Shown here in pieces: positions 46,146 to 54,617 of a stretch of DNA of 64,000 nucleotides. Each line of letters begins with the position of its first letter. Position 1 is the stretch's first letter. The position numbers and the translations under genes are program-made. Source of the stretch: Gemmatimonadota bacterium (GTDB taxonomy: Bacteria > Gemmatimonadota > Gemmatimonadetes > Longimicrobiales > RSA9). The stretch spans positions 93,730 through 157,729 of the forward strand of contig JBBDRO010000032.1 of assembly GCA_040905425.1 (NCBI GenBank), written 5' to 3'. The notes below the pieces were generated by a model that saw nothing but the letters and a program-made list of their open reading frames with translations, was not told the DNA's origin and made no database searches.

Positions 46146-48038
46146 TCACTCCAGGGGATCCGACGTGACGAAGGCGCGCAGCCAGAGCTCCAGGCCCAGG
46201 GCCGCGAGGAGCGGAGCCGCGGCGCGCGTACGTCCAATTTCGCTGGCCGCGTGCAGCCGCGCCAGTTCCGCGTCCAGTCCGGCGGTGTCCAGGTAGCCGG
46301 CCCGCACGGCTGCGCCGTGGCTCAGCAGGCGCGCGAGTGGCTCGGCGGCCCCGGCCATGGCTGCATGAAACAGACCGGTGGCGTTGCCCTTGTCGCGGCG
46401 GGCCAGGATGGCGTCGGGCACGATGCCCCGCAGCCCGTCCCGCAGGATGCCCCGGGGGACCCCCTGCGGTGCCGCGGCCGTGCCGGGAAGCCCCGCCAGG
46501 AAGACCAGCAGGTCCTCGTCGGCGAAGGGCGGCAGGAGCGTGAGGCCGTGCGCGGCGCATCCCTTGACGCCCCATTCCATACGCAGCGTGTTGAAGGGCA
46601 GTCGCACCGCTTCCAGGACGGCTGCGCCGTGGGAGCTGATGCCGCGTACGGCCGCCGCTTGCCGGTCGCCGGTGCCCGCTGGCGCGGCCGCATCCGGCGG
46701 CGTCGGGCTGGTCCCATGCGGCAGCCGTGCCGCGCGGAGGCGCTCACCCCAGAGGGAGCTGCCCTTCCGCCGCTGTCGGAGCGGTGCCAGCAGTGCCCGG
46801 CGCGCCCGCAGCAGACGTCCGGGCAGCAGCTGGCGCGCCAGTTCCTCCAGTGCGGCCCGATGCAGCACGGCGGCGGGGACGTCCGCGTGCCAGCGCGGCA
46901 TCTCCAACAGGTGCCGCGCCAGGGTGGGAAGCCGCCCGGCGCGGAGCAGTTCGGCCAGGTAGGCGGGCGGATTCGGAAACAGCACCTGGTCCCCGAGTCC
47001 GCCGGACAGGATGATTGCCGCCCCGTGCTCGCGGGCCGCCGTGAGCGCACGGGTGGCCGGGCCGGGGGCAAAGCCCACTGCCGGTGCCTCGCTCTCCAGG
47101 ACCTCGTCCATGGACTCGGCCGGAAAGCCGCCCGGCTCCGCCGGCACGCGTATCACCGCCTCACCCCAGCGCTCCTCCAGGACCCGGAGCCAGGCTGTCT
47201 CATCGGCCGCCGAGCCGTCCGCGGTGCCGTGATAGACGCCGAAGGCCGGCGGGAAGCGCGCAGGATCGCGGGCGTGCAGCATGCGCGCCACGCTGTAGAC
47301 GGCGGACGAGTCGATGCCGCCGGAGAGCAACACGGCCACCGGTGCGGGACCCACCAGGCGGCGGGCGACCGCCGCTACGAAACGATCGCGGAACGAGATG
47401 GCCGCGGCTGCCGGATCCAGTTGCAGGGCCGGGACCTGAAACGCCCGCGCCCGATCGATGTTCAGGCCCCGTTCGTGGGCCAGCAGATAGTGGCCGGGGG
47501 GCAGCGCCCGGACCTCCTTCAGGAACGTGACCGAGGCCGGGAAGGTACGCGTGCCCAGGAAGAGTTCGGCCAGCGCGGGGTCATCCGGCGTGCGGTCCAC
47601 CGCGCCGTGCGCCAGCACGGCCCGCACGGTCGTGGCGAACACCACGCCTCCCGGTAGCTCCGCCCAGTAGAGCGGCCGGGTGCCGACCAGGTCTCTGGCC
47701 AGCAGCAGCCTACCGTCGGCGATCACGGCCAGGGCATAATCACCGCGCAGCTCCGCGGCGAGCGTCGCGCCGCTCGTGCGCAGCGCGGCGGGCAGGGAGT
47801 CGGCCGCGCCCGCCAGGCGGCCCGAGAGTGCCCACGCCTCCCCTGGCTGAGCCGTCCCTACGGATGACGGTCCGTTGCTCCAACCGCTCCACGGACCGGG
47901 GGCAGTGGCCAGGCCCGCACCGGGCAGCAAGGCGATGCCGGCTGCCGATCCGCCTGGCAGAGCCGCGGCCATGCGCTCGAGTGCGGCGGGGTCCACGGCC
48001 CGGCCGTGGCCGTACCAGATGCCTGCGAATGCGCTCAA
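46146..48038 (-). CDS. Lasso peptide cyclase (asparagine synthetase-like, C protein)
   Basis: Starts MSAFAGI with no Ntn Cys. RDLVGTRPLY, LLSGGIDSS, LSGGLGDQ, PF.D..L and R.ILR....G.VPD.I..R.DK motifs. Adjacent to the precursor. Confidence 0.9.
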   Translation of the reverse strand: MSAFAGIWYGHGRAVDPAALERMAAALPGGSAAGIALLPGAGLATAPGPWSGWSNGPSSVGTAQPGEAWALSGRLAGAADSLPAALRTSGATLAAELRGDYALAVIADGRLLLARDLVGTRPLYWAELPGGVVFATTVRAVLAHGAVDRTPDDPALAELFLGTRTFPASVTFLKEVRALPPGHYLLAHERGLNIDRARAFQVPALQLDPAAAAISFRDRFVAAVARRLVGPAPVAVLLSGGIDSSAVYSVARMLHARDPARFPPAFGVYHGTADGSAADETAWLRVLEERWGEAVIRVPAEPGGFPAESMDEVLESEAPAVGFAPGPATRALTAAREHGAAIILSGGLGDQVLFPNPPAYLAELLRAGRLPTLARHLLEMPRWHADVPAAVLHRAALEELARQLLPGRLLRARRALLAPLRQRRKGSSLWGERLRAARLPHGTSPTPPDAAAPAGTGDRQAAAVRGISSHGAAVLEAVRLPFNTLRMEWGVKGCAAHGLTLLPPFADEDLLVFLAGLPGTAAAPQGVPRGILRDGLRGIVPDAILARRDKGNATGLFHAAMAGAAEPLARLLSHGAAVRAGYLDTAGLDAELARLHAASEIGRTRAAAPLLAALGLELWLRAFVTSDPLE

Positions 48039-48270
48039 GGGCCGTGGGGTTCGGGGGCACGTCTGCCCTGCGGCAGCAGCGTGCCGCAAGGGTACGCCGG
48101 GTACGCCCGCCGCGAAAGCGTCGGGCAGGCGGCAGGTGGCGGAAATCCGGCAATACGGGGTCCGCCGCCGGTGGACGCGCGTCGGGTGCCGACGTACGGA
48201 AGCGCCGCCCGGTCCTCCGGACGACGCCCCGTTCTCCCACGGCGGCCGTGGCCGTCGCTCCCCGGGAGGG

Positions 48271-48990
48271 TTACTGGATAATGAGCGGCAGGATGGTGGA
48301 GCGGGCCTGCTCCAGAGTGATGGAGCTTGGAGCAGTCTCCACGACCGGCTCGCCGTTTCCGGCCAGGCCAACGCCAATCAGGAAGGCAGCGGCCACCAGC
48401 GCTGTGGCTGCGACTGCCTGCACGCGGCGATAGCGAGGGCGGGGGCGGCGCGGGCTCGCCTCCATCAGCAGCACCACCGGACGCGGCGGCTCGGCACGTA
48501 ACGCGGCCGCCCCGAAGGTGGCCACCGACCACGACTCATCGACCCGCTCACCGGTCAGCGGCTCGTCCTCCGAGGGCAGCATCGTGACGCAGCCGGCCGT
48601 GGTCAGGTCGCGGCCGCGGGTGATGCCCGCCACCAGCGCGTCGAGCTCGAAGAGCTGGAACGGCTTGAGCAGGTATCCGGCCGCACCCTGCTCGAGCGCG
48701 CGGCGCGCGGTGGCCTCGTCCGTGTCCCCGGTGACGAAGACCACCGGCTGTTCCGGAACCTGCTCGTGAATGAAGCGTGCGAGTGCCACCCCTGATTCCC
48801 CGGGCAGGTGGATATCCGTCACCACGAGGTCGAAGCGGGGGGTGTGGTCCGGAAAGGAACGCTGCGCCGTGGCCGCGTCGCCTGCCTCAGCCACATCGAA
48901 GCCGTTGCGGACGAAATGGCGCACGAGCAACCGGCGCACGGCCGTATCGTCCTCCACGATGAGAATGCGGCGTTGCCGTGACTCGATCAT
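48271..48990 (-). CDS. Response regulator: receiver domain plus C-terminal TM segment
   Basis: ILIVEDD, DLVVTDIHLPGESG, VTG and YLLKPF motifs, then VAATALVAAAFLIGVGLAG. Confidence 0.85.
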   Translation of the reverse strand: MIESRQRRILIVEDDTAVRRLLVRHFVRNGFDVAEAGDAATAQRSFPDHTPRFDLVVTDIHLPGESGVALARFIHEQVPEQPVVFVTGDTDEATARRALEQGAAGYLLKPFQLFELDALVAGITRGRDLTTAGCVTMLPSEDEPLTGERVDESWSVATFGAAALRAEPPRPVVLLMEASPRRPRPRYRRVQAVAATALVAAAFLIGVGLAGNGEPVVETAPSSITLEQARSTILPLIIQ

Positions 48991-49055
48991 GCTGACACTC
49001 TTCCCGTGGAAGGGGATGGATGCCGCCGGAAGCGGCGCGATTGATACGTATCTAT

Positions 49056-49071
49056 TGCCAGGTGCGTGCCC
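49056..49071 (-). promoter_or_regulatory. Putative sigma54 promoter
   Basis: GGGCACGCACCTGGCA (GG-N10-GC, GGCACG intact), ~65 bp upstream of the response regulator. Confidence 0.5.
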
Positions 49072-49255
49072 GAGCTCACCGATGCTTCGGAGCCGTTGCG
49101 GCGCAGGGGTTATCATCGAATCCTCGCTGCCCGGCGGCGGCCCCGGGTATGTTCAAAATCCGGACGTCCCCGGTAGTATGCAGCGTGGAGATCAGTGAGG
49201 ACGCCACGAAATAGACACATGTCCGATAACCGGATACTGTAGGGAATCCATACAC

Positions 49256-49942
49256 ATGCACATCGTCGCCACCGATCTGCTCACGTGTCCGCGTTGCGGA
49301 CCTTCGTTCGGCCTCATCCTGCTGGCCGACAGGGTCAGCGAGCGGCGCGTGCTCGCAGGTATGCTGGGCTGCTCGAACTGCAGGGAGCGCTGGCCCATCA
49401 CCGGCGGTCTGGCGCGGCTGGGTACGGGGGTCGCGCCATGGGCGGAAGGTGCGCGGGGGGACGCGCCGGGCCGCCCGCCCGGGCACGCGCGGCCCCGCGT
49501 CCCTCTGGATGGCGACGCTCACGCCGGCGGCGCCGATGCGGACTCCGGCGGCACCTGGGCGGCGCTCATGGGTGTGACCCAGGGGCCGGCCTTCGTCCTG
49601 GTGGCGGGCGGGGCCGTGGCGGTGGCCGGCGCCGTCGCGGACCTGGTCGAGCGATTGGAGGTGCTGGCGGTGGGACCCGGCGCGGCGGACCTGCCCGAGC
49701 GCGCCGGGGTGAGTCGGTTGGAGGCCGGCGCCCGCCTGCCACTGGCCACAGGGAAGATTGCGGCCGCCACGCTGACCGGGCCCGCGGCGGATGCCTGGCT
49801 CGAGGAAGCCTCCCGCGCCCTGCGGCCCACCGGCCGGCTGGTGCTCTCCCCTGTGCCCCTGGATGCCGATGCCCGGCTGGCGGCCGCAGGCTGCAGGGTC
49901 ATGGCGCGCGAAGCCACCACGTTGATCGCACTCCGGGAGTAA
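49256..49942 (+). CDS. Trm112-like zinc-binding domain plus degenerate methyltransferase-like domain
   Basis: DLLTCPRCG...GMLGCSNCRERWPITGG, then RLPLA...LEEASRALRPTGRLVL. Confidence 0.65.
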   Translation: MHIVATDLLTCPRCGPSFGLILLADRVSERRVLAGMLGCSNCRERWPITGGLARLGTGVAPWAEGARGDAPGRPPGHARPRVPLDGDAHAGGADADSGGTWAALMGVTQGPAFVLVAGGAVAVAGAVADLVERLEVLAVGPGAADLPERAGVSRLEAGARLPLATGKIAAATLTGPAADAWLEEASRALRPTGRLVLSPVPLDADARLAAAGCRVMAREATTLIALRE

Positions 49943-50109
49943 GCGGGTCGCGAGGCGTCGCGGGCCGTTCTCCGCACGGCGTGAGTGGCGCGCGCCGCAT
50001 TGCGTCCGGCCTCCGGCGGCGTCTATGTTGTGCCGCTGATGCCGAGTCGTGCTCGCGCGGGGGCGCCCGCCTGCACGGCCGACCTTCGTTCCCGCCTGCG
50101 ACCAGGTGC

Positions 50110-50541
50110 ATGGGGCTTTTCAAGCGACTGTTCAAGGACGAAAAGGACGGCGTCGACTACTACCGGGAGGGCCTCGAGCTCCTCAAGGTGGGTAAGTACC
50201 ACGAGGCGCTCACGTCCTTCCGCCTGGCGTTGAGGGAAGCGCCCGACGACCAGGCCGTGCTGCAACAGATCGCCATCACCTACACCCGCATCGGCATGAC
50301 CGACGAGGCCGCCCGCACCTACCGCCAGGTGCTGGCGCGCACGCCTGAGGCGGCGGGTGCCCATTACGGACTGGCATTCCTGCTCCTCCGTGAGGGAAGA
50401 GACGAAGACGCCAGGCAGCATCTGGAAACGTTTCTGGCCGCACCCCCGGAAGGTCCCGAGGCCGCGCGCCACATAGCGCATGCCCGCGAGACCCTGGCTG
50501 AACTGCGGGGTGGGACAGCGCCGCCGGTGGAGAACACGTGA
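50110..50541 (+). CDS. Tetratricopeptide repeat protein
   Basis: About 3 TPR motifs (YYREGLELL..GKYHEAL; AHYGLAFLL). Confidence 0.85.
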   Translation: MGLFKRLFKDEKDGVDYYREGLELLKVGKYHEALTSFRLALREAPDDQAVLQQIAITYTRIGMTDEAARTYRQVLARTPEAAGAHYGLAFLLLREGRDEDARQHLETFLAAPPEGPEAARHIAHARETLAELRGGTAPPVENT

Positions 50542-50584
50542 AGCAGCCCTCTTTCGGCAGCGTGCCCCTCGTGGAGGCGCACTG

Positions 50585-50995
50585 ATGGCGGACGTGGATG
50601 TGGTCCTGCACTGGACGGGTGAGGGGCTACGGTTCCGGGGCGGTCGCGCGGAGGGGCCCCAGGTCACGCTGGATGGCGATGGCAATCAGGGGCCGTCCCC
50701 CATGACCACGCTGCTCCTCGGTCTGGCCGGCTGCATGTCCGCGGACATCGTGGACATCGCACAGAAATCCCGGGCGGAGTTCGCCACCCTCGAGGCGCAC
50801 CTGGAGGGAGATCGTGCCACAGAGCCGCCCAGGCGCTACACCGCCGTGCGAATGCGTTTCGTGGCGGGAGGCGTGAGCCAGGCCGACGAGTCGAAGCTGC
50901 GCCGCGCGCTCGAGCTGTCCACCGCGACGTACTGCAGCGTGCTCCATTCCCTGCGCCCTGACGTCAAGGTCACCACGGAGTTGGAGCTGACCTGA
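50585..50995 (+). CDS. OsmC family protein
   Basis: GPSPMTTLLLGLAGC and YCSVLHSL motifs. Confidence 0.9.
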   Translation: MADVDVVLHWTGEGLRFRGGRAEGPQVTLDGDGNQGPSPMTTLLLGLAGCMSADIVDIAQKSRAEFATLEAHLEGDRATEPPRRYTAVRMRFVAGGVSQADESKLRRALELSTATYCSVLHSLRPDVKVTTELELT

Positions 50996-51112
50996 GGCCG
51001 TCACGCTGACGGCTGGTGGCGGCGCGCCGGTCGGGGTGCCGCTGCCACCGCCGGTGCGCCGGCAGCCGGAGGGGCCCCGACCGCCCCGCCTCACACGCAA
51101 CCGCGAGGTAGC

Positions 51113-52975
51113 ATGTCGATCCCCGCAGACGGTCGCCGCCATGCGTCCAATCCGGCAGAGGTGCCGGTGGGGACGCTCGTGGAGCTGTTCTTCGACGCCG
51201 TGGATGCCCACGCCGCGCCGGACGCGCTACGCTGGCGTGAGGCGGACGCCTGGCGGCAGATGGGCCACGCCGAGTTGGAGGCGAACGTGCGGGCCCTGGC
51301 CGGCGCGCTGGAGGGCATGGGGGTCGCCCGCGGCGATCGTGTGGCGCTCCTCTCGGAGAGCCGGCCCGAATGGGCGCTCACCGACTACGCGTTGCTGTGC
51401 GCCGGCCTGCTCACCGTCCCGGTCTACGCCACGCTGCCGGCGGGCCAGGTGGCCGGCATCGTGGAGCACTCGGGCGCACGCGTGCTGTTCGTCTCCACCG
51501 GTGAGCAACTGGAGAAGGCCCTGGCGGTGCGCCGCAAGGTGCCCACGCTGGAGACGATCGTGGTCTTCGAGGACGCCTATGCCGGCGCGGAGGGCGTACG
51601 CACGCTGCGCGAGCTACTGGCCGAGGGCGGGGAGCGAAACAAGGATGCCGCCGCATTCCGCGAGCGGGCGCGCGCCGCCCGGCCCGAGGACGTGGCCACC
51701 CTCATCTACACATCGGGGACCACAGGCAAGCCGAAGGGCGTGATGCTCACGCATGCCAACCTGTACGGCAATGCCGTGGCCGCGGCGAACCTGGATCTGA
51801 CCGATCCCGGCGACGTGGCGCTCAGCTTCCTGCCGCTCTCCCACGTGCTGCAGCGGATGGTGGACTACTGGTTCTTCTCCAGCGGCGTGAGCATTGCCTA
51901 CGTGCCCGACCTGGACGAACTCTCCCGCGCGTTCAACGAGGTGCGACCCACCGTGGCGGTGGCCGTCCCGCGCGTCTACGAGAAGGTGTATGCCCGCATC
52001 CTGGCCGAGAAGGGACTCAAGCGGCCGATCGTCCTCTGGGCCAGGGGCGTTGCGCTGGCCTGGGCCGACGAGACGCTGGCGGGGCGCCGGCCCTCCGCGG
52101 GCCTGCGGCTGCAGCATGCGCTGGCGGACCGCCTGGTTTTTGCCAAGGTGCGCGCGCGCCTGGGCGGACGGATCCGCTTCTTCGTGTCCGGCGGCGGGCC
52201 GCTGGCGCCGCAGGTGGCGCGCTTCTTCTACGGGGCGGGCGTGCTCATCCTCGAGGGCTACGGTCTCACGGAGACGTCACCCGTGACGAACGTGAACCTG
52301 CCGGGTGCGATGCGGATCGGTACGGTCGGTCGGGCCTTTCCCGGTACGGAGATCCGGATCGCCGACGATGGCGAAATCCTGATCCGTGGACCCCAGGTGA
52401 TGAAGGGTTATTTTGACGACCCGGAGGCCACGGCGGCGGTCATCGATGCCGAGGGCTGGTTCAGCACGGGGGATATCGGTGAGCTGGACGCGGATGGCTT
52501 CCTGCGCATCACTGATCGGAAGAAGGACATCCTGGTCACGGCGGGCGGCAAGAACGTGGCGCCGCAGCCGGTGCAGAACGCCGCCAAGGAAAGCCCCTTT
52601 GTGGCCGAGGCCGTGATGCTGGGTGACCGCCGGCCTTACCCGATTCTGCTGGTCGTGCCGAACTTCGATACGCTGGAGGCGTGGGCCCGCCACAAGGGGT
52701 TCTCCTGGAAGGACCAGGAGGCGCTGGCGGCGTTGCCGGAGGTGCGCGCCAAGCTGGAGCGGGAGGTATCGGCGCGGCTGCAGGACTTTGCCCGCTACGA
52801 GCAGCCCAAGAAGGTCCTGCCCATCGGCCGGGACCTGAGTCTCGAAGAGGGTGAGATCACCCCCACCCTCAAGGTCAAGCGCGCGGTGGTGGAGGAGCGC
52901 TTCAGGGACCGCATTCAGGCGCTCTACGACGAGCCGCAACGGGACCCGGGGGACGGAACGGAGGCAGGGGGGTAA
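51113..52975 (+). CDS. Long-chain fatty acid--CoA ligase
   Basis: YTSGTTGKPKG, GYGLTET, TGDIG, DRKKD and TPTLKVKR motifs. Confidence 0.93.
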   Translation: MSIPADGRRHASNPAEVPVGTLVELFFDAVDAHAAPDALRWREADAWRQMGHAELEANVRALAGALEGMGVARGDRVALLSESRPEWALTDYALLCAGLLTVPVYATLPAGQVAGIVEHSGARVLFVSTGEQLEKALAVRRKVPTLETIVVFEDAYAGAEGVRTLRELLAEGGERNKDAAAFRERARAARPEDVATLIYTSGTTGKPKGVMLTHANLYGNAVAAANLDLTDPGDVALSFLPLSHVLQRMVDYWFFSSGVSIAYVPDLDELSRAFNEVRPTVAVAVPRVYEKVYARILAEKGLKRPIVLWARGVALAWADETLAGRRPSAGLRLQHALADRLVFAKVRARLGGRIRFFVSGGGPLAPQVARFFYGAGVLILEGYGLTETSPVTNVNLPGAMRIGTVGRAFPGTEIRIADDGEILIRGPQVMKGYFDDPEATAAVIDAEGWFSTGDIGELDADGFLRITDRKKDILVTAGGKNVAPQPVQNAAKESPFVAEAVMLGDRRPYPILLVVPNFDTLEAWARHKGFSWKDQEALAALPEVRAKLEREVSARLQDFARYEQPKKVLPIGRDLSLEEGEITPTLKVKRAVVEERFRDRIQALYDEPQRDPGDGTEAGG

Positions 52976-53313
52976 TGGAGCATTCCGCCACCCATGTGGT
53001 GCTGATGACCGCGCCCGACGAGGACACGGCGGTGGGCATCGTGCGGACCGTGGTGGAGGAGCGCCTGGCGGCATGTGGCAACGTGCTGCCCGGTGTACGC
53101 TCCATCTACCGATGGCAGGAAGAGGTGCAGGAAGACCGGGAAGTACTCGTTGTCTTCAAGACGGTGGAGCGGGCGGTGCCGCGGCTGGTGGCGCGCATCG
53201 AGGAACTACATCCGTACGACGTTCCCGAGGCGCTGGCACTGCAGGTGCACGCAGGGGCCGCGGCCTACCTCCGGTGGGTGGCCGCCAACGCCGACGGCCA
53301 GGCGCCGTCCTAG
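52975..53313 (+). CDS. cutA: Divalent-cation tolerance protein CutA
   Basis: EERLAACGN, SIYRW and LHPYDVPE motifs. Confidence 0.92.
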   Translation: MEHSATHVVLMTAPDEDTAVGIVRTVVEERLAACGNVLPGVRSIYRWQEEVQEDREVLVVFKTVERAVPRLVARIEELHPYDVPEALALQVHAGAAAYLRWVAANADGQAPS

Positions 53314-53327
53314 AGGAAAATAGCAGC

Positions 53328-54068
53328 ATGGTGAGACGCAGTACACGCGCGCGGGTGGCCGCGGAGGCGGGCGGCACGCCGCCCGGTGGGGTGGCGGATG
53401 CACAGGAGAATGGCATGGTGGACGGCCACGCAGCGGACGCAGATGGAGCCCCGCGCACCAACGGGCGCCTGGAGGAGGCGCGCCGTCTGGCCGCGGATGG
53501 AGAGCTGGACGCGGCCATCGAAGCGTACCGCGCCCTGGTGGTGGCCGAACCGGCGCTGGTGGTTGCCCGCCTCGAGATGGGGCGCCTGCACGCCGCGCGC
53601 GAGGAGCACCTTCTGGCGCTCGAGCAGTTCGAGGCCGCCCGCGGCGCGGAGCCCGACAATGTCCACGCGCTCGAAGCGGTTGCGCTGGCGCAGGCCGCGC
53701 TGGGCCATTTCGACGCGGCGGAGAAGCCGTTGCGCCGCATCCTGCGCCTGCAGCCAGACCACGCGGCCGCCCACGGCCACCTGGGCATGGTGAGCTTCCG
53801 GCGGGGACTGTACGCCGAGGCGGAGGCAGATCTGAAGCGCGCGCTGGAGCTGGATCCCGAACTGGCCGCCGCCTATTTCTACCGCGGTGAGGCGCTGAAC
53901 CAGCTCGGCCGGGTGGACGAGGCCCTCGAGATGCTGGAGCTGGCGGTCCAGCTGAACCCCACGAACGCACGCGCCTTCTACGTCATGGGCATCGTCTATG
54001 ACAAGAAGGCTCGGCCGCAGGAGGCGGGCGCCATGTACCGCAAGGCGCGGGAGGTCGCGGCCGGGTGA
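53328..54068 (+). CDS. Tetratricopeptide repeat protein
   Basis: About 6 TPR motifs. Confidence 0.88.
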   Translation: MVRRSTRARVAAEAGGTPPGGVADAQENGMVDGHAADADGAPRTNGRLEEARRLAADGELDAAIEAYRALVVAEPALVVARLEMGRLHAAREEHLLALEQFEAARGAEPDNVHALEAVALAQAALGHFDAAEKPLRRILRLQPDHAAAHGHLGMVSFRRGLYAEAEADLKRALELDPELAAAYFYRGEALNQLGRVDEALEMLELAVQLNPTNARAFYVMGIVYDKKARPQEAGAMYRKAREVAAG

Positions 54069-54601
54069 TGCGGGTGCGCATAGCCGACCTGAGCGTGGTG
54101 GTGGCGGAAGCCATTCTGCGGCCGGTGGCGGCCGACTGGGGCGCCGCCACGCCCGCCTCGCGACGGGTGGAGATGCTGGCGGGGCCCGCCCTGGACGAGC
54201 AGTGCCGCCGCCTGGGGGAGTGTCCCGTCGGCTCGGCCGTGCTCACTACGGCGGGGAAGCTGCGCGCAACCTACCTCATCAACGTGGTGGTGCGCTCGCT
54301 GGACGAGCCCGTCTCCAAGTCCGGGGTCGAGCGCGGTCTGAGGAACGGGCTCCGCCGGGTGACCGAGTACGCGCTCCGCTCCGTGGCGGTGGCGCCGCTC
54401 GGCACGGGCGCGGGCAACCTGGACGCCGAGGAGGCCGCGCGCGTCATGGTGCCGCTGCTGCTGGAGTATCTGGGTACGGTGGACGAGCCGGCGGAGATCG
54501 AGGTGGTGGTGGACAACGAGTACGAACGGGATGCCTTCGAGGCGGTCGCGCGCAGCTTCGAACTGCCGTTCCTGGCCACGCAGCGGGAGGTGGAAGAGTG
54601 A
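54068..54601 (+). CDS. Macro domain protein (degenerate)
   Basis: ADLS...EAIL, GSAVLTTAGKL...YLINVV and SVAVAPLGTGAG motifs. Lacks the canonical N..L..GGG loop. Confidence 0.8.
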   Translation: MRVRIADLSVVVAEAILRPVAADWGAATPASRRVEMLAGPALDEQCRRLGECPVGSAVLTTAGKLRATYLINVVVRSLDEPVSKSGVERGLRNGLRRVTEYALRSVAVAPLGTGAGNLDAEEAARVMVPLLLEYLGTVDEPAEIEVVVDNEYERDAFEAVARSFELPFLATQREVEE

Positions 54602-54617
54602 TGCGGGAGGTGGAGGC

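Noticed and set aside
46144..46575. N-terminal 144 aa of the 203-aa ORF containing the precursor
   Set aside because: It lies out of frame within the cyclase gene. The RBS and spacing support ATG 46143.
48069..48088. GGCACG element upstream of the cyclase as a sigma54 promoter
   Set aside because: GG-to-GC spacing is 9 rather than the required 10. It is part of a small hairpin instead.
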